This document shows positions 32,573 through 43,678 of a stretch of 64,000 nt of DNA, piece after piece (the first letter of the stretch is position 1; every line of letters begins with the position of its first letter). The notes below the pieces were generated by a model. That model ran no database searches. It was not told the DNA's origin and was given only the letters and a program-made list of their open reading frames with translations. The DNA lies in assembly GCA_963799845.1 (NCBI GenBank), contig CAWCYI010000006.1, forward strand, positions 1,312,001 to 1,376,000, given 5' to 3'. The translations under genes and the position numbers were made by a program. Origin of the DNA: an uncultured Nitrososphaerota archaeon (GTDB lineage: Archaea; Thermoproteota; Nitrososphaeria; Nitrososphaerales; CADDZS01).

Positions 32573-32883
32573 GAGGACCGCCGGTGGGACTATTATCTGT
32601 TCCTTTCAAATCCCACCGTCATGATCGAAAAGATAAATCCGTGGATAGGTGACTTGGGTAAGAATTGTTCAGAAGAACATGGCTTTTGTTCATGGCGGGT
32701 GCAAATCCTCGGGCGGGATTAGGAACCTTCGGGACACAATCCCCAACATAGTCAAGTGCGGGGGGCGGGAATTGAACTTTAGGTTCGATGCGGTCTTTTT
32801 TGCTATCTTTGACAACTCTCTCGAATAGAAGTCATCCACAATCGGCAAAAGGGATGGGATTTGACCCTAATTATCTTCAAATC
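32573..32883. repeat. Cluster of tRNA T-arm/acceptor fragments (att-like scars)
   Basis: 32573-32589 matches the tRNA-His end at 16/17; 32605-32618 TTCAAATCCCACCG is an exact inverted copy; 32757-32786 is near-identical to 43679-43707; 32851-32867 GGGATGGGATTTGACCC. Confidence 0.7.
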
Positions 32884-33042
32884 GTAGTCGCAAACAATAC
32901 CATTCTCTCGCATCCTTGACCAGCAATTAAAATAGAAGTTCTATTTTGCTCTGCGAAGAAAGGATGGTAAAGCCCTGAACATCGTCCAATGGTTACAATA
33001 GCTTTAACTCAATTAGAGTCAGTCCAATTTCTCGATACGTCT

Positions 33043-34395
33043 ATGGAAGCTCCTAAAATCAGTGTGATTGGAGCCGGAAGTGCTGAATTTTCTGTTTCCC
33101 TTGTTAGAGATATCTGTCTGACAGATGGTCTAGTCCGAAGCACTATCTCGCTCATGGATACAAACAAGCAAAGGCTTGATGCAATCTATGCTATGGCTAC
33201 AAGGTATGCCGAAAAACTAGGGAAAAAAATAAGATTTGAGAAGACAACTTCAAGGGCCAACACTCTCCAAGACTCAGACTTTGTCGTGAACACCGCTTTG
33301 GTCACCGGACACGAGAGAGAAGAGCGAATGAGAGAAGCCGCCCAAAAGGAGGGTTATTACAGAGGTCTTGATGCGAATTGTGGTTTAGCGATATGTCTGA
33401 AAGATCATCATCAATACAGGCTTTTTCTCGACTTGGCTCAGGACATGCATGATATATGCCCCTCTGCCTGGCTCCTACAAGTCGCTAACCCGATGTACGA
33501 AGGCATGACTCTGCTGCTAAGAAAAAGCAAAGTCAAGTCTCTCGCAGGTTTTTGTCATGGAGGACAACACGGGATGGAGGCTATCGCTGGAGCACTAGGA
33601 ATCAATTATGACGAAATGTATTATCAGGTCGCAGGTTTCAACCATTGGATTTTCCTCACCCAATTCCGCTACAAGGGTGAGGATGCGACTCCTCTTGTGG
33701 ACGAATGGATATCAAAAAGAGCTGAGAATTTTTGGAAGACTAACGATCTGATATTTCAACAGACAATGAGCAGAGCTGCTGTTGACATGTATAAACTGTG
33801 GGAGCTTTACCCTATAGGCGATACAGCCAGGTCAGGCCTCTGGAAGTATCATTATGATCTTAAGACTAAGAAGAAATGGTATGGCAAATACGGTGGGTTT
33901 GACTCGGAGATAGGTTGGGGAATTTACCTAAAGAAGCTTGAGAATAGAACGATGAGAATCGCAAGTTTGTTAGACAAACCGATAAGTGCCCTAATGAACG
34001 CATTTCCTCCTAAAAAGAGTTCGGACAGCATCGTGACATTCATCAATGCTATGACGAACGGTACTCGAGAAAGGCTCATCCTCAATATTCGCAATAACGG
34101 CGTAATTCGTGGTGTCCCACAAGATATGGCAGTTGAGGTGCCGTGCTTAATCGATAAAGGTAAGATCCATCCCGAGAAAGTCTCATTCTCTTCAGATACT
34201 ATGAATAGGGTTATGATTCCTAGGATAAACCGAGCCGAACTTGCTCTAAATTCCTTTCTAAGTGGCAGAAAGGACATTCTCTTAGAGATACTATACCGAG
34301 ACCCTCGGACGAGAAGCGATGCTCAGGCTCAAAATGCATTGGATGCAGTTTTCTCCCTTCCTTTCAACAAGGACTTGTGTAAATATTACAATTAG
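33043..34395 (+). CDS. Glycoside hydrolase family 4 (NAD+/Mn-dependent alpha-glycosidase)
   Basis: KISVIGAGS, DFVVNT, WLLQVANP, GFCHG, AGFNH, YPIGDT, VEVP. Confidence 0.92.
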   Translation: MEAPKISVIGAGSAEFSVSLVRDICLTDGLVRSTISLMDTNKQRLDAIYAMATRYAEKLGKKIRFEKTTSRANTLQDSDFVVNTALVTGHEREERMREAAQKEGYYRGLDANCGLAICLKDHHQYRLFLDLAQDMHDICPSAWLLQVANPMYEGMTLLLRKSKVKSLAGFCHGGQHGMEAIAGALGINYDEMYYQVAGFNHWIFLTQFRYKGEDATPLVDEWISKRAENFWKTNDLIFQQTMSRAAVDMYKLWELYPIGDTARSGLWKYHYDLKTKKKWYGKYGGFDSEIGWGIYLKKLENRTMRIASLLDKPISALMNAFPPKKSSDSIVTFINAMTNGTRERLILNIRNNGVIRGVPQDMAVEVPCLIDKGKIHPEKVSFSSDTMNRVMIPRINRAELALNSFLSGRKDILLEILYRDPRTRSDAQAQNALDAVFSLPFNKDLCKYYN

Positions 34396-34647
34396 GTTAG
34401 AATTATTATCTCGAAATCGGTCCAGACTAAAAGTTTGGCCGATTCCATATGCTGTAACAGTCCTAGTAACGAAAGTTGGTTGAATCTTTGAAACGGTCGA
34501 AAAAATCTTCGAAATCAATTACAATTCGCTTCCTCAGTCTAAGGATATATCGACCATCAAAGGAATGAAACAGACAGCAACGATAAAGTGATGTAACTCC
34601 AGGCAAAGCCGAATACCTTATGACTACATACCTGCCCATTTGTAATC

Positions 34648-36126
34648 ATGACTGATTTCTTTGTAGAACCTGAAAGAAAGACTCCAATAATGTTCAAAGA
34701 ACCATTTGATGTGGTTGTTGTTGGGGGTGGGTCCGCAGGGATAGCTGCATCTCTAGCGGCAGCCAGAAATGGAGCCAAAACCATCTTGATAGAGCAACAT
34801 GGAACACTTGGGGGTACTTCGACTTTGGGACTTTGTGATAACTTTGATGGGATTGATCGTTCTGTGCAAGGAGGAATATTTATCGAGATGCTCGATAGAC
34901 TTCGCGCCGAAAATGCCGCGTTGGAGCGATGGGAAGGATTGTACGATCGAGAGATCCTCAAAAGGATTGCGTTTGAGCTTATGGAAAAGTCAGGTGTTAA
35001 CCTTCTGCTGTATGCGCATGCAGTCTCCGTGGTAAAAGAAGATAATGAGATTCGAGCGGTCATTATAGAAGGCAAGTCAGGTCGTTTAGCCGTTACCGGA
35101 AAAGTATTCATTGATGCATCGGCCGACGCCGATATTTCCCAAAGGGCAGGCGCTCGCATAATGAAAGGAGGAAAAGATGGTCGCAGCCAAGCTATAACGC
35201 TTTTGTTTGTAATTTCTGGGTTCGACATTGAGAAGGTAAAGCAATTTCAAGAGAGCATTTCTTTGGGATGGGAAGGTCCCTGCTCTTGCTTGCACGGCAG
35301 AATAAAGAATGCAGGGTGCACTTGTGGAAGACTCTTCTTTGTTCCTCATCAGATGGTAAAAAAAGCAAGAGATAGTGGAGAATTATATTTGACGCACGAA
35401 GGTCTCGGCGGTTGGTTCTTGTTGAGGCAAGGTCAGCTTCACTTTAACTCCATTCACATCATTGGTATTGATCCATTAGATATTCAACAGCTCACGCGCG
35501 CGGAAATTGAAGCAAGAAAGCAGGTCACATCAATCTTGAATTTCTTGAAAAAGAACGTATCTGGCTTTGAAAATGCCTACGTTTTAACCACGGCAAGCAT
35601 GATCGGAGTCAGAGAAAGCGCCAGGATAGTTGGAGATTATGTACTCGAGGAAGAATCCACGACAAGTGGTGAAAGTTTTCCAGACTCAATTGGCATCGGA
35701 AATTACATTCAAGATCTTCACGGTCCAGACGAATTTCATTATTTTCTTCCGGCTCATTATGTAATTCCTTTCGATATTCCATATCGTACTCTTTTAGTTA
35801 AAGGCATAGACAATCTCCTTGTGGCTGGAAGATGTATATCGACTGACTTTAGGACTCAGTCGATTACAAGGCAGATTCCAGTTTGTTATCAGACAGGAGA
35901 AGCGGCTGGCATTGCTGCAGCTCTCGCAACAATGAAAGGAATTTCTATAAGACACATTGAAATCGAAGACTTACAATCCATCCTAATAAAACAAGGTGGC
36001 AAAATCCTCAGGACTATTCAAAATTTGAAATCGATCAACGAGAAGTACGATCGTCAGAATAAGATTTTCAAAAGGCTTGATGATATGCGGGATATGTCGA
36101 AACCAGAATTATATTCTTCCGGATAA
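34648..36126 (+). CDS. FAD-dependent oxidoreductase (FAD_oxidored family)
   Basis: VVVGGGSAGIAA, FIDASADAD, GVRESARIVG, DIPYRTL, NLLVAGRCIS, GEAAG. Confidence 0.9.
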   Translation: MTDFFVEPERKTPIMFKEPFDVVVVGGGSAGIAASLAAARNGAKTILIEQHGTLGGTSTLGLCDNFDGIDRSVQGGIFIEMLDRLRAENAALERWEGLYDREILKRIAFELMEKSGVNLLLYAHAVSVVKEDNEIRAVIIEGKSGRLAVTGKVFIDASADADISQRAGARIMKGGKDGRSQAITLLFVISGFDIEKVKQFQESISLGWEGPCSCLHGRIKNAGCTCGRLFFVPHQMVKKARDSGELYLTHEGLGGWFLLRQGQLHFNSIHIIGIDPLDIQQLTRAEIEARKQVTSILNFLKKNVSGFENAYVLTTASMIGVRESARIVGDYVLEEESTTSGESFPDSIGIGNYIQDLHGPDEFHYFLPAHYVIPFDIPYRTLLVKGIDNLLVAGRCISTDFRTQSITRQIPVCYQTGEAAGIAAALATMKGISIRHIEIEDLQSILIKQGGKILRTIQNLKSINEKYDRQNKIFKRLDDMRDMSKPELYSSG

Positions 36127-36197
36127 GTAAGGGCGGTAATATTAATTATATCAGTAGAAATGTGGAGAATTAGCAAGAATTCTATTACTGGTGTTTC

Positions 36198-37088
36198 CTA
36201 AAGTCCTCTTTCCCTCTGCAGCGCGACCTTGAGTCCGTCTCCCAAGAGTGCAAATCCTATCGTGACTATGACGATTACTGCTGCGGGAATAAGAGGTAAC
36301 CACGGATACAAAATAATATACTGTTGATACTCGGCGACCATGAGTCCCCAATCAGGGGCGGGAGGCGAGACTGAAAATCCAAGGTATGCCAATCCAGAGT
36401 AAGCCAGAACAACCATGCCTATGTCGAAAGTTGCATAAGTAAGTAGAGTTGCGCTCGCTATTCGGAAAATGTGACGAAAGAGTATCCTAGAGGATGATAG
36501 TCCAGAAAGTTTCGCCGACTCTACAAATGAGCTATTGGTTAACTTCAGAGCTTCCGACCTCGCAATTCTGGCATAAGGCGGCCACCAAAGAACAGTCAGA
36601 GCAAACGTGAGATTAAGAACACTCGGGCCAAGAACAGAGACAATTACAATAGCCAGAATTAAACCTGGAATGACAAAAAAAATATCTGTAAGTCTCATCA
36701 GAATTTCATCGAGTATGCCACCTCTGAAACCAGCAGTTGATCCAAAAACACCGCCGACAAAGAACGAAAAACCGACAACACAGAAGCTGACTAAAGCGTC
36801 GTTTGGAGTTCCCGCAATTACTCTGCTGAGCATGTCCCTACCGAAATCCTCGGTTCCAAAAGGATGAGTGAACGTTGGAGGGAGGAAAGTTTTTCCAACC
36901 GTAGCTAAAGGATTATACGGAAGAATTCGGTCACCAAACACTGCGACCAATATTGCGCTACCGACGAATATTGAAACAATAAGGAATCCAATCTTAGTTT
37001 CATAATTGAAGGTAACAAAAGTCCACAGGTTGCCTAAACGTCGATGCATTCTTTGCTCTATACGCTGATACATCTCGTTCGCTCCCAC
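36198..37088 (-). CDS. ABC permease (OppC-like)
   Basis: HPFGTEDFGRD, PPAPDWG, LLGDGL. Confidence 0.93.
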   Translation of the reverse strand: MGANEMYQRIEQRMHRRLGNLWTFVTFNYETKIGFLIVSIFVGSAILVAVFGDRILPYNPLATVGKTFLPPTFTHPFGTEDFGRDMLSRVIAGTPNDALVSFCVVGFSFFVGGVFGSTAGFRGGILDEILMRLTDIFFVIPGLILAIVIVSVLGPSVLNLTFALTVLWWPPYARIARSEALKLTNSSFVESAKLSGLSSSRILFRHIFRIASATLLTYATFDIGMVVLAYSGLAYLGFSVSPPAPDWGLMVAEYQQYIILYPWLPLIPAAVIVIVTIGFALLGDGLKVALQRERGL

Positions 37089-37130
37089 AAATTCTAGGAA
37101 ATAAAATGGATGTACTATCCCAAATGTGGC

Positions 37131-38147
37131 TCAGAGCCTTACTCGCGGGTCAACAGCTGCATATAGGATGTCTGCTGACAAATTCACGGCTACAACAAAG
37201 ACTGCATAAACTAGAGTAACGCCGAAAAGGCCGGCATAATCAAATGCTAATGCAGTTTGCAACGCATACCTTCCCATGCCTGGGTAAGAAAAAATCTGCT
37301 CTACAAAAAGATCTCCGATTAAGGTAAAGGTAAAAACTAAGGACGATAGAGTTACAAGCTCGATTAAAGAGTTCTTGAAAGCATAACGGTACAGTACCTG
37401 CGAAGATGAAACACCTCGCGCTTTTGCAGCTCGAACAAAATTGCTTCCTAGTTTCTCAATTAAGGACGATCTTAAGATTCTTGTCATCATTCCGTAGTTA
37501 GTTATAGCTAATGCCACGCTTGGTAAAATCAAATGCTGAATAAGACTTCCAAAAGCTTGCAATTTTCCTTCAAGTAACGCATCAATGAGTGGAAATCCGG
37601 TAATTGGACGAGGGAGCTGAATTGTAAGTCCTATCAGTCCTCCACTTGGCAGTATAGGAATTACATAAGAGAAAACAACTACGAAAAGAAGAGCTATCAA
37701 AAAGGGTGGAGAGCCTTGTCCCAGCATATATAGCAGCCTAGTCACCTTGTCCGGAAGTCTCCCAGCGAAACTCGCCGACAACAAAGCCCCGGCAAGACTT
37801 AGGAGAATTGTGATCACTACCGAAAGAACTACTAATTGCAGTGTTATAGGTAATGTCTGAGAGATTGCTTGCGAAACTAATTCATCTTTCGTAAATGAGA
37901 ATCCGAGCTGCAAGTGAAGAAGCCCATTTATGTAATAGAAAAACTGGATGTAAAGAGGATCGTTCAAATGATATGTGCGATCATATAACGCGGCCAAACC
38001 CGGATTGAACAGTGCGGTCTTCCCAAGCCAAGCGACCAAAGGATTGAAGGATAATGAATGCGCAAGCGTGAAAGTAATTACGGTGACTCCGAGGAGGACA
38101 CCAAAGCCCGTGCCAATCCTTCTCACGATAAATCCTAGCAGGCTCAT
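37131..38147 (-). CDS. ABC permease (OppB-like)
   Basis: HLILP, AKARG, EQIFSYPGMG, DPRVR. Confidence 0.93.
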   Translation of the reverse strand: MSLLGFIVRRIGTGFGVLLGVTVITFTLAHSLSFNPLVAWLGKTALFNPGLAALYDRTYHLNDPLYIQFFYYINGLLHLQLGFSFTKDELVSQAISQTLPITLQLVVLSVVITILLSLAGALLSASFAGRLPDKVTRLLYMLGQGSPPFLIALLFVVVFSYVIPILPSGGLIGLTIQLPRPITGFPLIDALLEGKLQAFGSLIQHLILPSVALAITNYGMMTRILRSSLIEKLGSNFVRAAKARGVSSSQVLYRYAFKNSLIELVTLSSLVFTFTLIGDLFVEQIFSYPGMGRYALQTALAFDYAGLFGVTLVYAVFVVAVNLSADILYAAVDPRVRL

Positions 38148-38237
38148 CTAAGAACACGCACAAGAAGGCGGAGCCGAAATTTCCTTTGACTCAGGGAAAT
38201 CGTACGATTACCCCAATGCTAATGATTGTTGACTATA

Positions 38238-40199
38238 TCATCCAGGTTGAATCGTGTTTAGAGCAGGGAGATCGCTCACACCGGTGTCATCAGGTACCAT
38301 CAAGAGTCCAGCCACAGCCGCTTTGCTATAGACCCAAGAACCATCAGTGAAAAGTAGTTTTGGAGCAAACAACCAAGCAAAAGGCGCAGCATTGTAGACC
38401 TGCTGCTGAGCAATCTTAAGTTCAGCTAATGTCGCCGCCGTGTTATTCCCGGATAATAGAGTTAGAGCTGTGTCGGCTGCAGGACTATTATACATCGACC
38501 AGTCTCCAGCAGCAGAAGAATTCGTAACGAATGTTGTCCAGTAATCTGAAGGAGCAAGGTAGTCTGGACAGAAAGCGCTACTACTTCCCAGCAATATATT
38601 GGGAACAATGGAAGGATCCTTTATCAGGGTACCATAGGGAACCGTGAGTATTTGCGAAACGATGTAGCTCCTGGCTTCGACCTGTAACGACACTTTGATT
38701 CCGATCTGAGCGAGGCCTTGTTGAATTATCTCCGCTGCTGGTAGAGCCCAAGTCGTAGATCCGCTGTTGACAACAAGTGGCATTGTTGGAAGACCAGTCC
38801 CGTTTGGAAAGCCAGCAGCTGAAAGATATTGATTAGCTTCTGTAATATTGAAATCATAGGGAGGAAGATTGCCTGGATCATAATATTGGCCATAGTTAGG
38901 CGTCTCAGGCCCCATAACTGGTATCGCCTGACCTGAAACAGCTTGATCAATTATGGCTGTATAATTTATTGCATGTACAATTGCTTGCCTAACATCCGTG
39001 ATATTAGTCGGATAAATCTGAGTGTTGAGACCCATTCTAACTATGCACGCCGGGTAGGGAAGCGAAATATATCCAAACTGTGGGCTCTGCTGTACAGCTT
39101 GAAAATTCGCCCCCTCCACTTGTGCTATTTGCGCTTTCGAGCTTGAAAGGTCGAGGTACTCTGAAGTCGGATTGGGAACTTGGTTCACTACTATAGTCCC
39201 AAATTGTCCTGGTTGAATCAGAGGGTTTTCTGAATCCTCAGTTGTTGTCAAGTTATTACCCCAATATCCAGAGTTTTTCGTGAAGGTAAGAGATGAGTCA
39301 ACAGCGATGTTCGACATAACATATGGGCCAGTTCCTGGGGGAGGATTCGCGTTCAGGTAAGCGTTCGGAGAGACAGGAGTCCCAGGTCCACCATGTTGCA
39401 TAATGTACAACGGATCAAACATCATACTTCCCCAACCGACAAATGAGTTCAGAAAGAATTGGAAAGGCGTGCTCAAATGGAACACTATTCTGTCCGGGCT
39501 AGTGACATACACCGGCCAAGACGAATTGGACATTAAAGCCATTAATTGAGATGAAGGATTTGCCAAGCTAGTGCCGTTCATCAAAGAAAGCGTCGCAGGA
39601 CCAAACTCAACGGCAGATGAGTTAAAAATTGGAAGTGGTACCCAGAAGAATGTTGAATTCGAGGAGGCATAGTAGAAGAGGTAAAAGTCTTCCCAAGCTG
39701 TGTATGCATTGAATGAATCTCCGTTTGAAAACTGAATGCCAGTTCTAATGTTGAAGGTATACGTCTCACCATCGGAGGACACGTTCCAACTAGAGGCTAA
39801 CCCTGGTAAGAATTGAATTTGTCCCGAATACTCTGCTGCTGTCGCATTCATAACAACAAGTGGTTGATAAACTGCATATTCCTGCCAGTAGGGATAGGGA
39901 AACGCTAATGGATCCAGAGAAGGACTCGGCCAAGTCGGATCATCGATAATGAGTGTAGACGGGACAGCAGAAGTTGATGTTGTCGAAGTTGACGTGGACA
40001 GAGAACTTGCTGCGGTGGTAGAAATTGAGCTTGATGCTGTAGTCAAAGTCGAGCTAGTCGCGATTGAAGAGGAAGTAGTAGTAGTTGAACTCGTACTTAG
40101 AGAAACATAGACAGCGGCCGCTGCGATAATGAGAATGACGACAACTATCGCGACAATAATAAGAATAGTTCTGGCAATTGCATTTTTGTTTCTGTCCAT
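38238..40199 (-). CDS. Family 5 ABC substrate-binding protein (archaeal, S/T-rich linker)
   Basis: PGLASSWNVS, FSNGD, GTGPY, VRQAIVHAIN; N-terminal TM helix. Confidence 0.9.
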   Translation of the reverse strand: MDRNKNAIARTILIIVAIVVVILIIAAAAVYVSLSTSSTTTTSSSIATSSTLTTASSSISTTAASSLSTSTSTTSTSAVPSTLIIDDPTWPSPSLDPLAFPYPYWQEYAVYQPLVVMNATAAEYSGQIQFLPGLASSWNVSSDGETYTFNIRTGIQFSNGDSFNAYTAWEDFYLFYYASSNSTFFWVPLPIFNSSAVEFGPATLSLMNGTSLANPSSQLMALMSNSSWPVYVTSPDRIVFHLSTPFQFFLNSFVGWGSMMFDPLYIMQHGGPGTPVSPNAYLNANPPPGTGPYVMSNIAVDSSLTFTKNSGYWGNNLTTTEDSENPLIQPGQFGTIVVNQVPNPTSEYLDLSSSKAQIAQVEGANFQAVQQSPQFGYISLPYPACIVRMGLNTQIYPTNITDVRQAIVHAINYTAIIDQAVSGQAIPVMGPETPNYGQYYDPGNLPPYDFNITEANQYLSAAGFPNGTGLPTMPLVVNSGSTTWALPAAEIIQQGLAQIGIKVSLQVEARSYIVSQILTVPYGTLIKDPSIVPNILLGSSSAFCPDYLAPSDYWTTFVTNSSAAGDWSMYNSPAADTALTLLSGNNTAATLAELKIAQQQVYNAAPFAWLFAPKLLFTDGSWVYSKAAVAGLLMVPDDTGVSDLPALNTIQPG

Positions 40200-40450
40200 T
40201 TTCAGCAATCCCGTTCAAATACATGCGCATAAATAAACGTTACGTGAAAGAACGAGAGAAAAAATTCAAAACAGAATTCGAGTCCTTAACTTTCACACTT
40301 TGAATCCGAATCATAGTTTCCAACCAAGCTAATTATAGATTGAAAATAAGAGTTGAATCCTGTCACTTATGCAGCAATTGTCGCTATTACGCCCGTTCTG
40401 GTTTTCTGGGCATAAGTCATAAGTTAATAGAATGCATTAGAGTGGCACTA

Positions 40451-41511
40451 ATGGCAGCACAAAAAACACAAGATTCCATTTTGCTGAGGGTTGAACAGCT
40501 TCTCTTGTGTACAAAACTTTCAAACGCTCCATTTATGCATTAGACAAAGTAAACCTTAATGTTAGAAAGAAGGAATTTTTGGCAATAGTTGGCGAATCTG
40601 GTGCAGGAAAAAGTACTCTTGCTCTAACAATAATTGGTCTTTTTCCTTCTTCGGCGACTGTTTCAGGAACTGTAATCTACAAAAATGTGAATCTTCTTGA
40701 TCTCAGTAAGAAAGCGTGGGATGATTATCGTGGCACTGAAATCGGAATGATTTTCCAAGAGCCCGCTAGTTCGCTTAATCCCACCGAAAAGGTAGGAAAG
40801 CAAATGTTAGAGGCTCTAAACATCGAGAAAAAAAGGAGATACGAAAATGCTGGCTCTATGGTTTCTTCAGCTGGTGCTAATGAACAACAAGATAGAATCA
40901 AGGTGGAGAGAAAGGAGAATGAGAAAGCCGAGTTGCAAGAGGTCTACGAGTGGCTGAAAAAGGTCAGAATACCGGACCCGGAAAGCGTGGCGGAAAGATA
41001 TCCCTTCCAGTTGAGCGGAGGAATGATCCAAAGGGTCATGATAGCTATGGCGCTTTCTGAGAGACCGTCTGTGCTTCTAGCTGATGAGCCAACAACCGCC
41101 CTCGACGTGACAACTCAGGCTCAGATATTGAAATTGATGAAGGAGCTGATAGATACTCAAGATACCGCAATAATACTAGTTACTCATGACCTAGGCGTTG
41201 CTGTCCAAGTTGCTGATAGAATAATTGTCACATACGCGGGGAATATTGTAGAAGATGGGAGCACTGAGAGAATATTTAGCAATCCTCTGCATCCTTACAC
41301 CAAGGCTTTGCTTATGTGTTATCCAAAGTCCGCAAAATCGAAGGAGAGATTACAAACCCTTCCGGGCTCGATTCCAGATATGAGCAAGTATATTGTTGGC
41401 TGCAAGTTTTCTGACCGTTGTCCCTACGTGAAAGACATCTGCCGTCAAGCAGATGTGAGATTTGTCGAAGTTGAGCAAGACCACTATGCAAAGTGCACGC
41501 TATACTATTGA
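40451..41511 (+). CDS. ABC ATPase (OppD-like), frameshift near 40505
   Basis: MAAQKTQDSILLRVEQL joins YKTFKRSIYALD; GESGAGKS, LSGGMIQR, DEPTTALD. Confidence 0.9.
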
Positions 41512-42502
41512 AGACAAAGTCGTTCTCAGAGTAGAGAACATTACAAAGAGAATTACTATTAAGACCGGCCGTGGTTTTGGAAAAAAGAAGCCTACCACAC
41601 TAATTAATGATGTTACTTTCGATGTTCATTCTGGCGAGACGCTGGGAATCGTGGGTGAAAGTGGTTCGGGAAAAACCACTTTGTTGCGTGCCCTCGCGAT
41701 GATATCAAAACCATCGTCTGGCAAGTTGATTCTTAATGGAGAATTGGTTTTTGATAACGGCAAAATCATTTCAAATGTAAATGGAAAGATACAGATGGTG
41801 TTTCAGGATCCCGATGCTTCACTAAACCCAATGCTAACTGTGAAGGAATTGGTGAGAGAACCATTAATCCCGTTTAAGCTGAGCAAGGAAGAGAGTTCTA
41901 GTCGGGTTATCAACTCTTTGAAACGGGTCGGTATTGATGACACTTTTCTCGAGAAATTTCCAGCACAATTGAGCGGAGGTCAGAAGCAAAGAGTTAGTAT
42001 CGCTCGTGCGATTGTTCCAAATCCATCTTTGATCTTGCTCGACGAACCTAGCAGTGCATTGGATGCAGCGGTACAAGCGCAGGTTTTGAATCTATTGTTG
42101 GATCTGCAGGAGACTCTTAAACTCACATATATTTTCGTTACTCACAATATCTCCGTTGCTAGATATGTTTCTGATTACATCGCTGTGTTTTACGCAGGAT
42201 CCATTCGGGAGTTCGGCCCTGCTCAAGAAGTACTGAATCATCCAATGCACCCGTACACTTCCACATTGATCGATGCTTTTCCAGTATTGAATCCTTCTGC
42301 TAGAACCCTGCTAAAGACCGAAGTCATGGGCGAACCACCGAGTCTTATTAGCCCTCCGGCCGGATGCAAATTTCATCCGAGGTGCCATTATGCCAGAGAT
42401 GTGTGTAAGTCTAAGGAACCTGATCTGGCTCTAGTTTCAGACGATCATCTAGCCGCTTGCTATTTTGCAAAGGAAATTCAGAATCAAAAGACTCTAAGTT
42501 GA
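41462..42502 (+). CDS. ABC ATPase (OppF-like)
   Basis: GESGSGKT, LSGGQKQR, DEPSSALD, GCKFHPRC; exact start uncertain. Confidence 0.93.
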   Translation: MSKLSKTTMQSARYTIEDKVVLRVENITKRITIKTGRGFGKKKPTTLINDVTFDVHSGETLGIVGESGSGKTTLLRALAMISKPSSGKLILNGELVFDNGKIISNVNGKIQMVFQDPDASLNPMLTVKELVREPLIPFKLSKEESSSRVINSLKRVGIDDTFLEKFPAQLSGGQKQRVSIARAIVPNPSLILLDEPSSALDAAVQAQVLNLLLDLQETLKLTYIFVTHNISVARYVSDYIAVFYAGSIREFGPAQEVLNHPMHPYTSTLIDAFPVLNPSARTLLKTEVMGEPPSLISPPAGCKFHPRCHYARDVCKSKEPDLALVSDDHLAACYFAKEIQNQKTLS

Positions 42503-42589
42503 CTTGTTAAAGGTCACTATTCGACGGTTGCATCCAGAAACTTTAACCTTAAATCAATTAGCAATTTGAACTTCTCCTTGAGATAAATC

Positions 42590-43489
42590 TTGGATAAACC
42601 CAGAGGTATCATTCCAGCTTTAAGCACAGTTACCTTGGATAATGGAGATCTTGATCAAGTAGGGTTGAAGTGTCTTGCTAGTAAAAATATCGAGTGGGGT
42701 GCTGACGGTGTTGCAGTATCGGTTGTCGCTGGGGAATTTTACAAATTTTCTGATGAGGAAAGAAAAAAATGTTATGAATTGGTCGTGGACAAAGTTGACG
42801 GAAAAGTGCCTGTCTGGGCAGGCGTATCCCACATGGGTACTGAACCATCAGTCGAACTGGCTAAGTTTGCAAAAGAAGTTGGAGCTGATGGCATCATTGC
42901 TATGCCACCTTTGGTGGGAAGAGAATCTTCTATGGCATTCGAGGAACATTTCACAACCATTATGAGGAAGGTGGATTTGCCATTGATGATACAAGACGCA
43001 GAGGGTTTTGCGCCTATCTTCATGAGCCCGACATTGTATCTAAGACTCAGTGATGAATACTCCAATCTTGTTTCAGTCAAGATAGAAGGAGGAAACACTC
43101 TTGCCAAAATTAGGGATGTCAAAAAATTAGTCGGAGGCAGGTTAACAATATTGGGAGGTATGGCTGCCGTTCAGATGTTCGAGGAAATGGAATTGGGATC
43201 GGAAGGCAATGTTCCAGATGCTTGTTTGACTGACATGCTGGTCAATGTCTACAAGAATTACAAAAACCGTAATGTGACCGCAGCTCGAAGTATTTTTGCA
43301 AAGTATTTACGATGGGCAAATTTTATGATGCTTCATCAAAGGTCAGCGTCCGAAATAGAAAAAGAAACGTTGCGATTAAGAGGAGTAGTCGGTTCGTCGC
43401 ACACACGGAGTCCTCACGTTCCATTGAAAGATGAGGAAAAATTTGAACTACGAACTCTGCTGAATCAAATCGGCACGACGCAGGGATGA
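42590..43489 (+). CDS. DapA/NanA (DHDPS-like) class I aldolase/dehydratase
   Basis: GIIPAL, AGEF..SDEER, GKVPVWAG, GADG..PP, Schiff-base Lys in SVKIE. Confidence 0.88.
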   Translation: MDKPRGIIPALSTVTLDNGDLDQVGLKCLASKNIEWGADGVAVSVVAGEFYKFSDEERKKCYELVVDKVDGKVPVWAGVSHMGTEPSVELAKFAKEVGADGIIAMPPLVGRESSMAFEEHFTTIMRKVDLPLMIQDAEGFAPIFMSPTLYLRLSDEYSNLVSVKIEGGNTLAKIRDVKKLVGGRLTILGGMAAVQMFEEMELGSEGNVPDACLTDMLVNVYKNYKNRNVTAARSIFAKYLRWANFMMLHQRSASEIEKETLRLRGVVGSSHTRSPHVPLKDEEKFELRTLLNQIGTTQG

Positions 43490-43678
43490 CGATTGTATTT
43501 CCTGCGCCGATAGTCGAAGAGTTATTGATAACAATAGGTTCTAAGAAAAGGACGACCTGGGTCTACAGGAAAAGCTCAGACGATGAGAAATTGGGTGCGC
43601 GACTTCGACCTTATGTGTACGAAAGTCATGTGAAACCAATCGAATTTGCGGAGAACGAATTTGCTAGTAAAAGACAAA

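Noticed and set aside
31943-32722. Overlapping ORFs of 70-156 aa
   Set aside because: No recognisable motifs; probably decayed or non-coding DNA next to the att scars.
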